Of a stretch of DNA of 64,000 nt, positions 1 to 13,559 are shown piece by piece. The stretch is from positions 682,001 to 746,000 of the forward strand of contig JAYWIR010000001.1 in the NCBI GenBank assembly GCA_036172245.1, read 5' to 3'. This DNA is from Raillietiella orientalis (Eukaryota). The position numbers and the translations under genes were made by a program. Under the pieces are notes generated by a model. It was not told the origin of the DNA. It ran no database searches and saw nothing but the letters and a program-made list of their open reading frames with translations. The number at the start of each line of letters is the position of its first letter. Positions within the stretch are counted from its first letter, which is position 1.

Positions 1-2797
1 GATGCACTGGTAATCTTCAGTGCCAACAGAAGAGTACATGAATAAGATCCATGAAAGCATTCCACTGACACTTAACGGATCATTAAGTAGTTAAATCCAA
101 GATAATAGCTGGAAGAGATGACACACGCACCTGTCAGCATAGTGGGCGAGATAATGCATCATACAAACTGAATACATAATGATGTAGTTACTTTAAATGG
201 GTGTATGACAGATAACAGCAATCATGCATTTTGTGGAAACCCACATTAGTACTCTTGGCGAAAATTATCGTATTGCCATTCAAACCACAATTCAAAAACA
301 GACTGTGAGTAAACCAATCCGAGATCAAAGTAGCAATGAAATTATGCAGGACTATTGATCTTTTTTTTTTTCTATTTATTTATAAAATCAACTTTGAAAT
401 CAAACTTGGATAGTTTTTGGAGCAAACAAAATCACTTTGGTTGACTGCTTTAAAAAAAAAAAAAAAAGAGAAAATCTATGTAAAAATTCTGATACCAAAT
501 GTGCTCTCACACTCTAGTATGTTTTGCAGGCTAGACACTGCAACCCAAAATTCTCAATCAAAAACACACGAGCACCAGCAATCATTGGCAATTTACATCA
601 GACTTTCACTAACAAAAGGTTTTCTTTTCAACAGTCCAAACTGTCACGACTGACGCAAATGTTATTTTATTATCAATCACAGAGGATTCATATCTTGTCC
701 TTTGTTCTCCCAAATCTCCAGCCACAAGCATCAAATGCAAACTTCACAGATCCGTTTCCCAATGGTTGAAACAACTGCAATTAGCCAAGAACTAAGAAAT
801 GAAAATGTTTTGCCAGTTCTTGTCCAGTGCGATTTTTTCGAACAACAACCATCCTTGTGTGCTGCATGGCATACAACACAGCTTACAGGCTATACAAAAT
901 CTCCAACCAGCATATGTTGAAAAAAACTCCAAGGTGGCATGGCAGGCAATTTTTTTTTTTTTTTTTTTTTTAATTTTTGTGTGATGTGTCCATTGTAATC
1001 AAGTTCCATGACGATTGAATGCGCATAAAAGCAAAGCTTCTCATAGTGACCAAGTAAAATTTTGGTCACCAAAAAGCGCATGATGCAGTGGGATAATCAA
1101 TGAATGCAGAGATAACAAAACGAAACTAGTAACAATCAAGAACCATTCACCAAAAAAACGAGATGATAAAATTTAGTAATAAGGAATCACGTGCAGATAA
1201 TTTGTATTTTTCAAAGTCTAAGTAAAGAAGATTATTTTGTATTCGTGGCTCTAAAACGCATATGATAATGGTTAAAACTGGCACAAGTGAGTAACACACA
1301 TCCAAAGTTATTAGAACATCAAATGTCTAGGTGAAACTTTAAAAAGAGTCGAACTTTATCAAGGAAAAATATGACTTGGATCAAAATTGAAGGACATACT
1401 TCATGAATTAAGGGACTAGATTTATTTTTCAAAAGCATCTTTCAAAGGATAGTTTCTACAACTATGGAAAACTAGACATTGTATCTTAAAACTGAAATAG
1501 AATCATCAGAGGCTCTTGTTTCAAAATGCTCCTTTAATTTATTGTTACTGAAAGACTCCTAAAGTGCATTCTCAAAATGCTTCTCAAAGAATGCAAAAGT
1601 TGATAAAGAGTTTCGTTTGATTTTTCGGCAGCGGTTTTCTATCATTTTTTTTTTTTTCCTCCCAATATGCAAAACACTTTCAAATTCTGAAGGTTACCTT
1701 CACTTCACATACAAGCCATGTATTGTCGCTTGTAGGGAAAATACTGACACATGCTGATTTAGTGGGATGACACATTTCAACAATTCACAATCTGCAGCAT
1801 AAAAAACGATCATAAATTCAACAGTCAACTTCAGGAAAGTATCATGACACCAACCTGTGATTGTCCAAACAAACAAGAAAAGCATTTGGGATGCTTCCCT
1901 ATTACAAAATTTTCAGAAGATCCATATCAAATTTAATAGGCTCACATATCTACAGTGCTAACAACAATCTGAAAAAACATGTAAGTGCCATAAATTGTGA
2001 AACATCTGATCACCCACAAAAAAATACTTCAGCCATAATTGATCTGAAGATACATCAATGTTTCTCTGAATAATTTAATTAATTTTTATTATTTTACAAA
2101 TGCTGCACTCACCAAAAAAAAAAAAAAGAAAAAAAAAAAAAAAAAAAAAGCAGTCCAGGTTAATTTAGACATTAAAATAGAATCTGACAAAGTAGAACAA
2201 GATCTTAATGTAGCACTTTTGTTACTTTCTCAATACTCAAAGCGCTTTAAAATTCAGGCGAGCTGCCAGAACCGAACCCGAGCACGTTTACCACCACGAC
2301 ACTTGCGGCAGATCAGTATTTACAGCCATTCTACACATGCTCACGACTTTTCGATCAACTCTGAAACAGAAGATTCTACACAACATTTTCATTTTCTGTC
2401 ATATATATATATAATATATATATCAATGAACAGTGCCAACTGTTGATTCTAATGGGGGAAAAAAAAGAAAAGAAAAATTTTGTTGCTTAAATCTGAGATT
2501 ATATATAACATCAAGTGCCATCTAGTTTAACATTTAAATTGATACAAAAATGCATTGAAATGAACATCATTTAAATTGTTAACATCTGCGGATTAAATAT
2601 ACTTAAGCATTAGAAATAACCTTGTAAACAGAATGAAAAAAGGTTTCTAGCAGCATGCAATTCTAACTAACTTGCTCAAAAAGTTGAACACCGATTCAAA
2701 CGACGATGAGATCATTTTTGAAACACGACTATCACGGCGAATATCCAAGAACTGACATCTAACACTGAAATTGAAATAATCATAATAAACAATTCAA

Positions 2798-2828
<31 letters not shown>

Positions 2829-3566
2829 CTTTTTTTTTTTTTTTCAGAAAAAGAAAAAAAGAAAAAAAGAAAAATAAGCTCTACAATCAACATTAAATCG
2901 GTCTTTTAAATTTTGTAAATAATGCGTGCAATGGCAATCGTAAAGAGAAACATAACATGCCTTTACTCAAACTGTTAAAACAAGTTTGTCGACTTCTGCT
3001 TTGCCGCCAAGCAGATTTCTCTTTGCGGCTTCGTTATGCTTCCAATGGAAAAGAAGATGCTGGATCCGAAGCAGCGGCAACGAAATCCGATGACGTAGAT
3101 ATCGAATCCTTGCGACCGGCAGAGTGGGCAAAGGGCAAACAAGCATCGTCGGGGTTGCAAGCTGAAGCACGGATTTTCTGTAACAGCAAGCATTTCACGC
3201 AAGATGGGAAGCCGCTGCCTCGCAAGTAGGGGAGCGATTTCTTGCAACGATGGACGACGGCAAAGAACATGGCAGTTCGGCGAGTTCCACCACCTCCCAT
3301 TGCGTAGTAAAAATAAAACAATGTAAAGGATTGATAGGTCGAGTTTTATTTTCGCTATTGTACAACACAGACGTCCGATAAGAATACTTGATTAAAAGTC
3401 ACAGTCGGACATAAAAACGGATAGCAAATAGACGATTCATTCGTTCCGAACGCAACAAGACACTTCGCTTTCAATAGAAAAGTAGTGGATGAGCAACACA
3501 AGATTGGATTTCTTGCTGCATGACGATGTTGCTAAATCGTCGCTCCCTTGCAAAACATACCCGCCC

Positions 3567-4770
3567 TCAATAGCGACGAGGCGCGGGTTCACGTGCTGCT
3601 GGAGGAGGTGGGGGGTAACTACATGAAAACAGCCATTAAGATGCGATCCTTTCATACGCTTCCCCTTAGCCCCACCCCGTGTAAAGAATCGTCAACTCGC
3701 ACATTTGCACTCAATTGGACTCACCGTCGAGTAGGTCCAACATTCATGTATGGATCCTCATATGGATCATATCTGTAAGACAGCATATCGGAATGAGCAT
3801 TTACGGTATGATGCCCATACCTGGGAGGAGGGCTTCTACGACTATACATGTCTGTGGTCATCCTAGGATACTCTCTCCCCCTATCCATAGGAGGGGGAGG
3901 TAACGGTCTCCTCTCCGGAGGAGGAGGCATCGGTCTACGATCGTACGGGTCAGGATACGGACGTGCTCTATCTCTCGGCGCTGGGCATGGACCAGTTTCA
4001 CATGCAGGAGATGATGGAGCCCATTCACCCCACATTCTGTACATCATTTCACGATCTCTTGTAGGGGGAGGGGCTCTACGCTCAGGCATAGGAGGAGGAC
4101 CTCTTCGATCATAGAAAGCATACTCATAATCGTAGCCATTCCGCGCGGGAGGAGGCATAGGTCTTCGATCATATGTGGGCATCCGTAGACCTCCCCTCAT
4201 TGGCATGGGCACCCCTCTTCCCCCTCCCCTACCACCACGTAGACCTCCCCGACCTCCCCGAGTACTTTTTTTTCCTGTTGATTGCTACGATATATAACGC
4301 CTATTATGTTGTAAATGGCAATGAGTAAAACGTACCTCAACACTGATACGGGCGCCCTGAAATTCAACATTGTTGAGAGCTTTGATCGCAGCATCTGCCT
4401 CTTCCTCCGTAGACATGTGTACGAAACCGTAACGGTTTAAAACATCGCATTCGACTACTTTCCCGTATTGCTCGAAAAGGACTCGCAAATCCTGAGATTT
4501 ACAATGTTCCGGCAGCCTCCCGACAAAAATCTTTGTTTTCTGAAATTTAATTTTTGTATACGACGATCTTGCAGGTTTGATCAAAAATTCAACACTCAAG
4601 TTGAATTTCTATATTTTGTACGAGCTATTTAGTTTGCACGTTTACAATCTAATTCAAAAAGAATCTCGATAGAAGCTCAAATTCAAGAATTGATGAAAAA
4701 TAAGCTTAATAGCTTACCATGCGAACAGAAAATAAAACAGATCAATCAAACTTACCGGTGGCATCGACAT
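3567..4770 (-). CDS. RBM4/lark-like RNA-binding protein (single RRM, RGG box, Pro/Arg/Tyr-rich tail), spliced
   Basis: Exons 4770-4756 (MSMPP|gtaag), 4539-4336 (RRM: KTKIFVGRLP...VVECDVLNRYGFVHM...ISVE), 4284-3821 (RGG box + PRY-rich; possible 48-nt intron 3981-4028), 3772-3725 and 3618-3567 (RYPPPPPAAREPAPRRY*). All junctions are GT-AG and frame-consistent. The ECDV..xYGFVH RRM signature is typical of RBM4/lark. Confidence 0.85.
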
Positions 4771-6479
4771 GATCGCTTCCTTTATCTTCCACACCTACTA
4801 CCAGCCGGCTATTTCTATACAATATGGCTTCACGTGAGTTACAAACGCTGAGCGAGTTAAAAAAAGAATGCCACTTTCCGCAAGTATCGATCTGGTTACG
4901 TCATCATTACATAGAAACGCTAATGTGGAAAACGTTATTTGTGAATGATAATTTGGGTTGCACAAAAATGCCCCTGGACGTGGGATACTGCTGATAAACA
5001 CAAACGTGGCCATTCTGGATGAATCTGTGCAAATATAAATCTACATTGAACATTTTCCATGTTTCGCACATTGTATTTTCGAAAATCAACGTTCGGGGAC
5101 TCGGTCAAAAGTACGAAGGCAGCGCCTTAAGGAAACAGGAAAACTATTTTGTCAAAAGATAATAAAAGCATGAAATTAAGCACTTGATTAAATAGTAAAA
5201 GGGAGAAAAAGAAAAAAGAATCTATAAAAACACCCTGTTTCACATAATGGTTGGCACCTCAGCACCGGGGGGGGGGTATTGATACTTTCATAGATAAGGA
5301 TATAATCAATGATAACATATCTTGCATGCATCGAATATCCCAAGCCGTGATCCTAAAGACTCGACTTTCAGATGATGCTAAAGTTCTTTACACTTTCAAA
5401 TTCCAACTTTCTCCAAGTACTTTTTCCTTCTCCAGCCCTTGAAGCATTTTATTCTTGTTTCTGCTACATTACATGACGAGAACTCAAAGCATAAATCAGT
5501 TTGATTCCTTTGTGAATGACTAATTGCATCTGGAAAGTCACAATTTCGATATGGCTCTTAAACGGAAGCATTCAAAAATTCCTCCATTTAAGAACTTGCT
5601 GCTGTTCTTATTGCTCTTGGGTGTGTGTGTGCTTTTTTTTCTCCTTTGGGGGGGGAAGGGGGGGTGGATTTTCTAACGTTTGTTCGATCCTAAGCAAGAA
5701 TGAAAATTATCCTGAATTCCTTAGTCAATCCTGTGAATTCGCCCAAGTCAAAAGAAGATGGCGTGATCTCATGTTTCAAGTTAACGACAGATCTTGGGCT
5801 ATCATTTATGCATTTCCTAAATGTGGCTTTTTTCTTCACTTGCAGGGGTCTACCAGGTTTTCTTGTTTCTTTTATGTGGGTAACGGGCTGATATGGCTAT
5901 CCAACTAGAAAATCCGAAATTGACTTTTGGAAAACTTCAGTTACCCTTAGAAGTAATAGCATTGTCCTTACTAATCTATTATAAAACAAGAGTTTATTTT
6001 ATGAAGGCAAGAGCATTTTTTTTTTTTGTCTTTAATAACTGCCAAAGAAGGAGTGTATATAATGAACCTCATTACCTTCTTCATTGCTCAATTACAGTAA
6101 CCCTAATAAATGCTGAAATTTTGGCTTGTTTAAAGAATTATTGCTGCTCTGTTTTGTCTTTTTTTTTGTATTTTTTCTATCTGCTCTATCTGCCACCCTT
6201 TTTTCTATGTACATGATTAGCACTAAAATTGTGGGCTATAATTTTCAGGCACCGAGATGATCACTCTTGTCTACACTGTGCTGCAGGATCAAATAGAAAC
6301 TGGTGCATTTTATGAACAAACTTTAAAACAAAAAAAATTTGCTGAATCTTTAATTGACTTTCAAAATGATTCATTTTTTTTAGTATGACACCCACAGGAA
6401 GCCATCATGGACATGCTGAAAGAAAAAAAAAAATAGCGTGGCAAAGAACTAACTAAGCTTTGTAGCATGTTTAGAATGA

Positions 6480-8230
6480 CAAGCAATTTCGTTCTTTTCA
6501 ATGAGAGATGCAGGAATATCCACAGATGATCAAAAAGATCCGATAAAATCCCACCAGTATTCTTCAGACGGAGCCAGAGTTTATCAATATATCGAATTGT
6601 TAAATTCCAAATAGTGGTTGATGGCAAGTTACCACAGATTATCTTCTGCTCTTGTCATTTGCAGGATTTCATTCCTTCTATATCAGTTTTCTGTACGTTC
6701 ATGCTCTCACTTATTGCAACCCATGCTTATCAAATAAGTTTCTATGTATAACACAACCTGAAAGCACATTAAAGTGTACAAGAAAAGCAAATGCATAAAC
6801 TGGGAAAAATCTCTGATGCTAATCCCTGATTGTCATTTCAGAATCCAAGATGGGTCTTCGATTTCCGGTGCAGAATTTTCCCTTAAGAAATGCTTTCTCG
6901 TACTTGTGATTTAGGGCTACCAGATTCAATAATTATGGCGTGCGTATAAATCGAAATGTGTGAAAGTACTGGGGAAAACTTTGAAACATAGTATTCCGTT
7001 CAGGAGCCGTGATTAACAATGCAATTATCATTGGTTTGAATCTGACGTTAATGATTACCAAGAAACTAACTTGCCGAGATAGATGTATGTTCCTAATATG
7101 TGGTACAAATGGAGTACGGGAGCGTACTTAAAATGATCTCCTTATTCGATTCTACTGGAATTTGCCATGTACTTAATTATGTGTTGCTAAACACCTTGGA
7201 TTTGTAAGAATGAATGGTACTGATTTCGAGGCTTACGTTTCGAAGCTGATTGCTTTTCATCTCCCTATTCTTACATCTATCACCTTTCCCATTTCTCCCT
7301 CACTCATTTCGCGATTATCAGTCTTTTGCGCCTTTTCGGAAAATGCATTTCCTTTCTGGTTCTCGAACAGAGGAGCTAGAAAGTGTTCCTTACTTGCCTT
7401 CTTCAGTCACTGAAAAAACACCTGTAATTCAGGAAACACTGATGTTTCTTGAATCAATTGGATGATTATTTTTTTTTTTCCTGCCTCTGGTAACTGATCA
7501 TTTTTTTCAGCGCTGGCCATTCGGTTGAGGTGGATGTAAACTTTACTGCATACGAGATCTGCAAACCTCTCGATGCACTTCTCGTGACATCACAAAATTG
7601 CTGTCAGCATTTTTGCACAAAGTTTCGTTTTCTTTCAGTAACCTGCATGTACAATGAAGTATCATTGTGTGCTAAGTATAATGCTCCTTGTAAAATCGCT
7701 TCGTAAGAAACAAAGACAAAAGCAAAGAACACGCATCATGCTACTCCGATTTCACAGAGGAAAGGAACACGTGGTTCCATGTTCTGTCTCCCACTTTTGT
7801 TTTCCACGACCTTTGTTGTCACGGCTGCAACTGATTTTTGCGATTTCCAGGCGAATTCCTGGATGGAGAGAGATGTCTGCGAGTTTCCAGGGCTCGTTTG
7901 GAACACGGAAACGCTTGTTCCGGCATACCCACTGCTGGGCTATGCAAAAACATCTGCAGGGAAGGAAGCTGCAGTGTACAACCGAGACTTCAGTGTACAA
8001 TCAGTTGGGTGTTTTGCCTTTGCAGTCGACAGCACTGCAGGGCTCACAATCTTGCTTCACTTTTTTGGTTTTCATGCTTCAAAGCTGCACAGCTCCATCC
8101 GTTCCATCTTTCTGGAGATCCATGCTGGTTCGTTTGGGTTTCTGTGCATCCTCCTCGGCTGGAAGATCGATCACTACGGCGATGTTGCACATGAGATTAA
8201 GGGGACTATTAGGAAGATTCGTACTTGTGC
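6480..8230 (+). mobile_element. Highly decayed AT-rich NeSL/Utopia-like retrotransposon relic
   Basis: Colinear peptide remnants: KIPPVFFRRSQSLSIY (~6545; cf. RIP..WK.S.T.LIYK), IQDGSSISGAEFSL (~6845; cf. VKQGCPLSGLLFNL), KHLQGRKLQC (~7950; cf. P.QGK..EC). Many stops; boundaries approximate. Confidence 0.4.
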
Positions 8231-9541
8231 ATAATACGATAGAGCATGGATTTCAATGAGCAATGGATAGTTGCAGTGTATGTTTACTCATGAGTGTAAA
8301 GAGAAGTATTTATTCACGATGCCAAAATGCAATTCCTTATAACACATAAGGAAGGAAGAAAGGTTATTTTCTAAGAAATTCTGCAATCCACAGGAGGCAG
8401 TTGCACTCATGATTACAAAGTCAATTTTACCAACCCCATATGTCAATAGGTCTTCGTTTCAATTAAAGTTTCTAATGAGAAACACTTGCCTTGGGAATGG
8501 GAATACCTCAATGGGAATTGCATGTATGCACTCACAGGAAGAACAAGCTAAAAGTAAATGACTCATAATACAAAAAGCAATGGCTGCAGAAATGATATGC
8601 AAATGATAGTGAACTTTCGATTCGGCTGCATACCTAGCGGTTTTATGTGCAAATGCATGGAATGGAATGTAATTGAACATTTTGTTGCACGTGGAAACTC
8701 TGTATTATGAAAACCGAAATCAAGAGCATTTTTGATTAGTTCGTGGTGCAAAATTGAGCACTATATCCCCATCTAGTATGAGTAAATTAAAATCATACAA
8801 ATCACAGAAAGGGAAGATGAAGTGCAAAAATTTTTTACTTATCAAGAATATACAGAATACTTTGTTGATTTCCTCCATTAGAAGCTTACCCCAATTTTTA
8901 AAAGATATTTTGATTTTAAGACTAAATTATACAAGCAACATAAATCAACATAAGAATTCACAAATCTATCTTTTCACTTAAGCCGGCAAGGGTGGTAATT
9001 ACCAAACTGGTGAAATTGTGCTTTGTAAACTGAAACTCATCAGCCATTCATGAGTATCCTCGATTTCTTCGCCCGAAAACCTAAGTCTAACGTCAACCCT
9101 TTTTTCGATATGCATAAAATATATTCCGTTAAGCTCTAGCTCTAAACAGTATTTAAGTTTCCTAAATTCTTCTAATCCTGAAGGAAACTTAATATGAGCC
9201 CCCAAGAACCACGAATTTTTTCGGACCCTTCGAAAGGCGCCCTAGGGTGATCTACTTTTTGGAATGAGCAACTATGAAATGAAAATCAGAATAAGTGATC
9301 AACACAACATAAAAACACAAGAAGCAAATATACAAACGAAACGAGGCAGACATCAGTTGCCCAAAATTTTTACAAAAATTTTCCGCCGACTGCCCAAAAT
9401 GGGATTACACATACATGACTGGTACGGTATGTCCCAAGGATGTGCACAGCTTTTTCTTAATGGGGTTTTCAGGAATATCCATTAAAATAACTCCTTCATA
9501 ACTGAACACTTGTAATCAAAAATTAGAGCCAAGTACTAAGT

Positions 9542-9547
9542 TTTATT
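9542..9547 (-). promoter_or_regulatory. Probable polyadenylation signal (AATAAA) of ADSS
   Basis: AATAAA on the minus strand ~35 nt downstream of the ADSS stop codon. Confidence 0.55.
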
Positions 9548-9582
9548 GAAATATAAATCTGACTAGCAATCCGTGTAACAGT

Positions 9583-12500
9583 TCATAATAAGCTGATCAC
9601 AGCACGCCGTCCTTTTCCAACACCAACCCAACGGACTGCAAACACAGTTACCAACAAACATTCCATAATGAAGTAAACATACTTGGTATTCCAATAAGCT
9701 CTTGAACAGTCAGTACAAACTGCCGAGCATTCTCTGGTAGCTCATTGAAGGTGATACAATTCTGTGTACTTGTGCACCATCCTGGTAATGTGATGTATTT
9801 TACATCTAAATGCATCAGCTGGTCAATGTCTGCTGGAAATTCTTCAACTATTTTCCCCTTATAGTAGTAATTAACAGCTATCTTGATTTCCGGAAGTTCA
9901 TCAAGAATATCCAGTTTGGTGAGTGCTAGGCTGAATATTCGTTCACGAACTGTTCTCGAAAAAGTGAATCTTACCATTCATAACCATTGATCATACGAGA
10001 ATACTTAAGCACCATAATATCCAGCCATCCTATTCGTCGTGGTCTATTAGTAGTCACACCAAATTCTTGTCCTTTTTGACGCAACAATACAGCCAAATCC
10101 TAGAATCAAAGCTGGTAGCTAATTTCTCCAATAAAGGGTCACGCACATCTTTTATTTCTGAAGGAAAAGGACCATCACCAACACGAGTACAATATGCCTT
10201 AGATACTCCACAAACTGAACCAATGTAATGTGGAGGTATTCCTAATCCAGTGCACACACCTCCAATGCTACTGTTAGATGAAGTTACATAAGGATAAGTT
10301 CCTAAAAATTGGTTAGCATAGTCATGAGTCATCTTACCAAAATCAATATCCAACATTGCAGCATTGGCACCTTCCACAAGAATTCGACACTGATTTTTCA
10401 ACGCATTATTCAAGTATACAACCGTGTCTTTGACAAGAGGGCGTAACTGTTCAATTAGATCCTGACATGATCTCAGCTCAGATTCGACATCAATAGCAAG
10501 TGATGGAAATACTGTGTGGTAATGGTTGACCAATATCTGGAATCTAGCGAAGGAATGCCATACACAAATATCTTACACACCTCTCCTTGAAGTTAGTCTG
10601 ACTTCCAAACAAATCAATCATTCTGATACCAATTCTGCTTACTTTAGAACTGTAAGCTGGCCCAATTCCCTTTTTAGTTGTGCCCAATGACTGCTTTCCT
10701 TTACCTTGTTCTTCACATACATCAGCTGCCTGAGTAATAAAACAAATGAAACACAAAACTAGCTATCAGCAAAGTATTCAATTAAAATGAACACATACAT
10801 GAATTTCAGTACTTATCAACAAATTTTAATAAATTTAAGAGACACTAGATGCCTTAAGAATCAGAAAGTCCAAAGGAATCTCAGAAACCAATGCATAAAT
10901 TAAGTTGCTGATCACCAGGTTTGAAAGTTAGAGAAAATACAAATAAAATGAAAAGTTGAAACCAATCAAATATTTGTAACTATGAGCTTACATAATCACT
11001 TTGCATAACATTTAGACAACTATGACAATTAAAAGCACTTGTAAGGAGAAAAAGGGAAGAACAAAAAGACTACTTTACAGAATAATATGGAGTTTTCTAA
11101 TGAATGAAACCATATTCAATGAACACACATGCTTCCTATGAAACTGTGTGTACAGACTACATAAACCAAGTTCAGAAACACAAAAATTGTGTCCTAAACT
11201 GGGATGTGGTGGTGGGGAGTAAGGGGAATTCAGAAGATCGTGACAGTTTCTATTTAAAAATCATGTAATTATGTGATAGTTTTGCCTTGCCTGTTCATCT
11301 ACATGTATCATAACAATACATGAGATACAAAAGTTACATTCATTCATATTTGATGGAAGAAAATTATCTCTGAAAATACCCACATTAAGCTATGTAAAAT
11401 CTATGCACATGTCACAATAAACGTATCAATACAGGTGACAAAATAACACAAGCAAAGTAGTTTGGCAAAGAATTTCCCAATTCTCACATGCATTTAGAAA
11501 TATCACAAATCTCACCTGATGTAAATCAAAGACTACATGTGCTCGATTTGACACTATGATCCTCTGACGAATATCAACCAACCCTTTTGATTCATTTTCT
11601 ATGATTTCATTAATGAAACTTCGAAGGTGAACCACAACACCATTCCCTAAAACAAATTTACATACTTTCACGGATTGTCTTGATGGGGTGGATTTCTTTA
11701 ATGAAAAAAGTCCTATACTGTATTCTTAAGCTAAAATTCCAGCAAAGAAGCTTTTGCTATTTCACACGATCATTACTTATTCACATTAATTTGTTCGAAA
11801 TCTTTTAATGTGCATTTTCATGAAGGAGATATTGTACTTACAATTTAATGATTTCTGTAACTTAAAAATGCAAACTAAAATCCATGCTTATGGACAATGC
11901 ACACATTTCAAGTTTTAAATTTCATAAAAAAGACCAATTTCTTTTTGTATATGGATACAATCAAAATGAAAAACATATGTTTAGAAACACATCAAACTGT
12001 TCAACAAAAAATTTGAAAGGTGTTGCAAGCAACATAAACATGACATTTTCAATGCCAAAAGTGAACATGAGCATAACTGCAGCCAAAATAATTGAGTTAT
12101 TTCTTGAGCCAACATGCTTAGATATAGGATAAATCTCTTTCCAAAATAATTTCATTCTCAAATTGTTTATACATAAAATAATAAACCCAACATAAATTTA
12201 ATTGCAATTTCAAATGAATGAAAATTTTCATTGTAAAAAAGGGGGCTGTTAAGCTAAATACTGTTAATAAGAAAACTAAAAACGTGCAAAACCATATTTC
12301 TCACATAGGTTATACATTAAAATCAACAAAATAAAGCCGTGATACTAAAGAAATGAAATGCATTGAGCATGTCCACACATTTGTTGAGATCCATGATTTT
12401 CCAGGATGATGCTCTATTCAGAGTATGGTAGTTAATAAATCAATGGAATAAAATCACCTGTTCATGATTATGTTTGTAATTATACAGATAATGTTTTTTG

Positions 12501-13342
12501 TATACTTTCGCTAGCAGAAATGAAGTTTCCAATGATTAAACAAAAATGGGATGCTGTATCTTGCAAATGATGGAAACTAATAAGAAAATCATAAGATCTC
12601 CACTAATGAATCTACAAGCTATCCAAAACTTTTATCTTTCAATTGTACTGTGTCTTTGCAACATTCAATGACTTTAGCCAAAGTAAAACAATTTGCTTGA
12701 AGGAAACTCTGATGAAGCTGTCCAGGAAAATAAGGTCCTTAGGAATGGATAGGTTTCTTAGAAAACACTTTTTTTAGAAACAAATTGCTGCTCATACAGT
12801 ACAAGAGTGCACTTCAAACATTAGCATATTTTATTAAATTTAGGGATGCACCCATTTTGAGAAAACATGTAAATATTAAAATCCTTTAAAAAGTAAAAAA
12901 CTCAAACAAATGTTACCAATTACGCAGATACACTTAGGATTAGTTATGCCTGAAGATAAGAGATGGAAAGCGTACTGAACTTCATCAACAACAACCGTAT
13001 GTCCAGCATTGTTTCCACCCTATAAATTTTGGATTAAAACACTTTCATGGAAAACAAAAAAAATTAACTCTTATATTCACAAATTTTTGTTAATTGAAGC
13101 AATGTAAAGCTTTGAAAACTCTTGTAACTTAAGAATTTGGGGATAAACACTATTTGACAGAGTTACTTGGGGGCAAAACTTTAAAAGGAAAAATAAAAGT
13201 GCAAACTACTAACTTGACACCTGCAAGCTATGTCTGCCTCTGCAGCGAGCATATCCACAATTTTCCCCTTGCCTTCGTCGCCCCACTGAGCCCCTAGGAC
13301 CACAGTGATCTTGCCAGGTTTCACAAATCCGCCGGTGCTCAT
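9583..13342 (-). CDS. ADSS: Adenylosuccinate synthetase, 9 exons
   Basis: Exons 13342-13214, 13019-12917, 11646-11516, 10729-10581, 10543-10338, 10301-10147, 10099-9975, 9930-9683, 9635-9583. Hallmark motifs: [84 protein letters not shown]. Confidence 0.97.
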
Positions 13343-13559
13343 TCTGCTTTCCTATGTGTTCTGTTTCAAGGGAACACGGGATCCTGCACTGAAAGGCAAG
13401 ACAGTTTGTTAGACCCTACTTGCCCGTCACGCTGGAAGCAGCACTCCAGATTCACGGGTGCTCGACACTCGCGATGGCAGAAGGGCCAAAACACGGGAGT
13501 GGGTGAAGTGGCAACTTCCGCACCCGCCGACCACCTCAACGGCCGTATCCGCGTAGGCC

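Noticed and set aside
2957-3321. ORFs downstream of the RBM4-like stop
   Set aside because: No recognisable product; more likely 3'UTR following the post-stop intron.
5550-5910. Possible signal-peptide exon MALKRKHSKIPPFKNLLLFLLLL
   Set aside because: No consistent downstream exon chain or homology.
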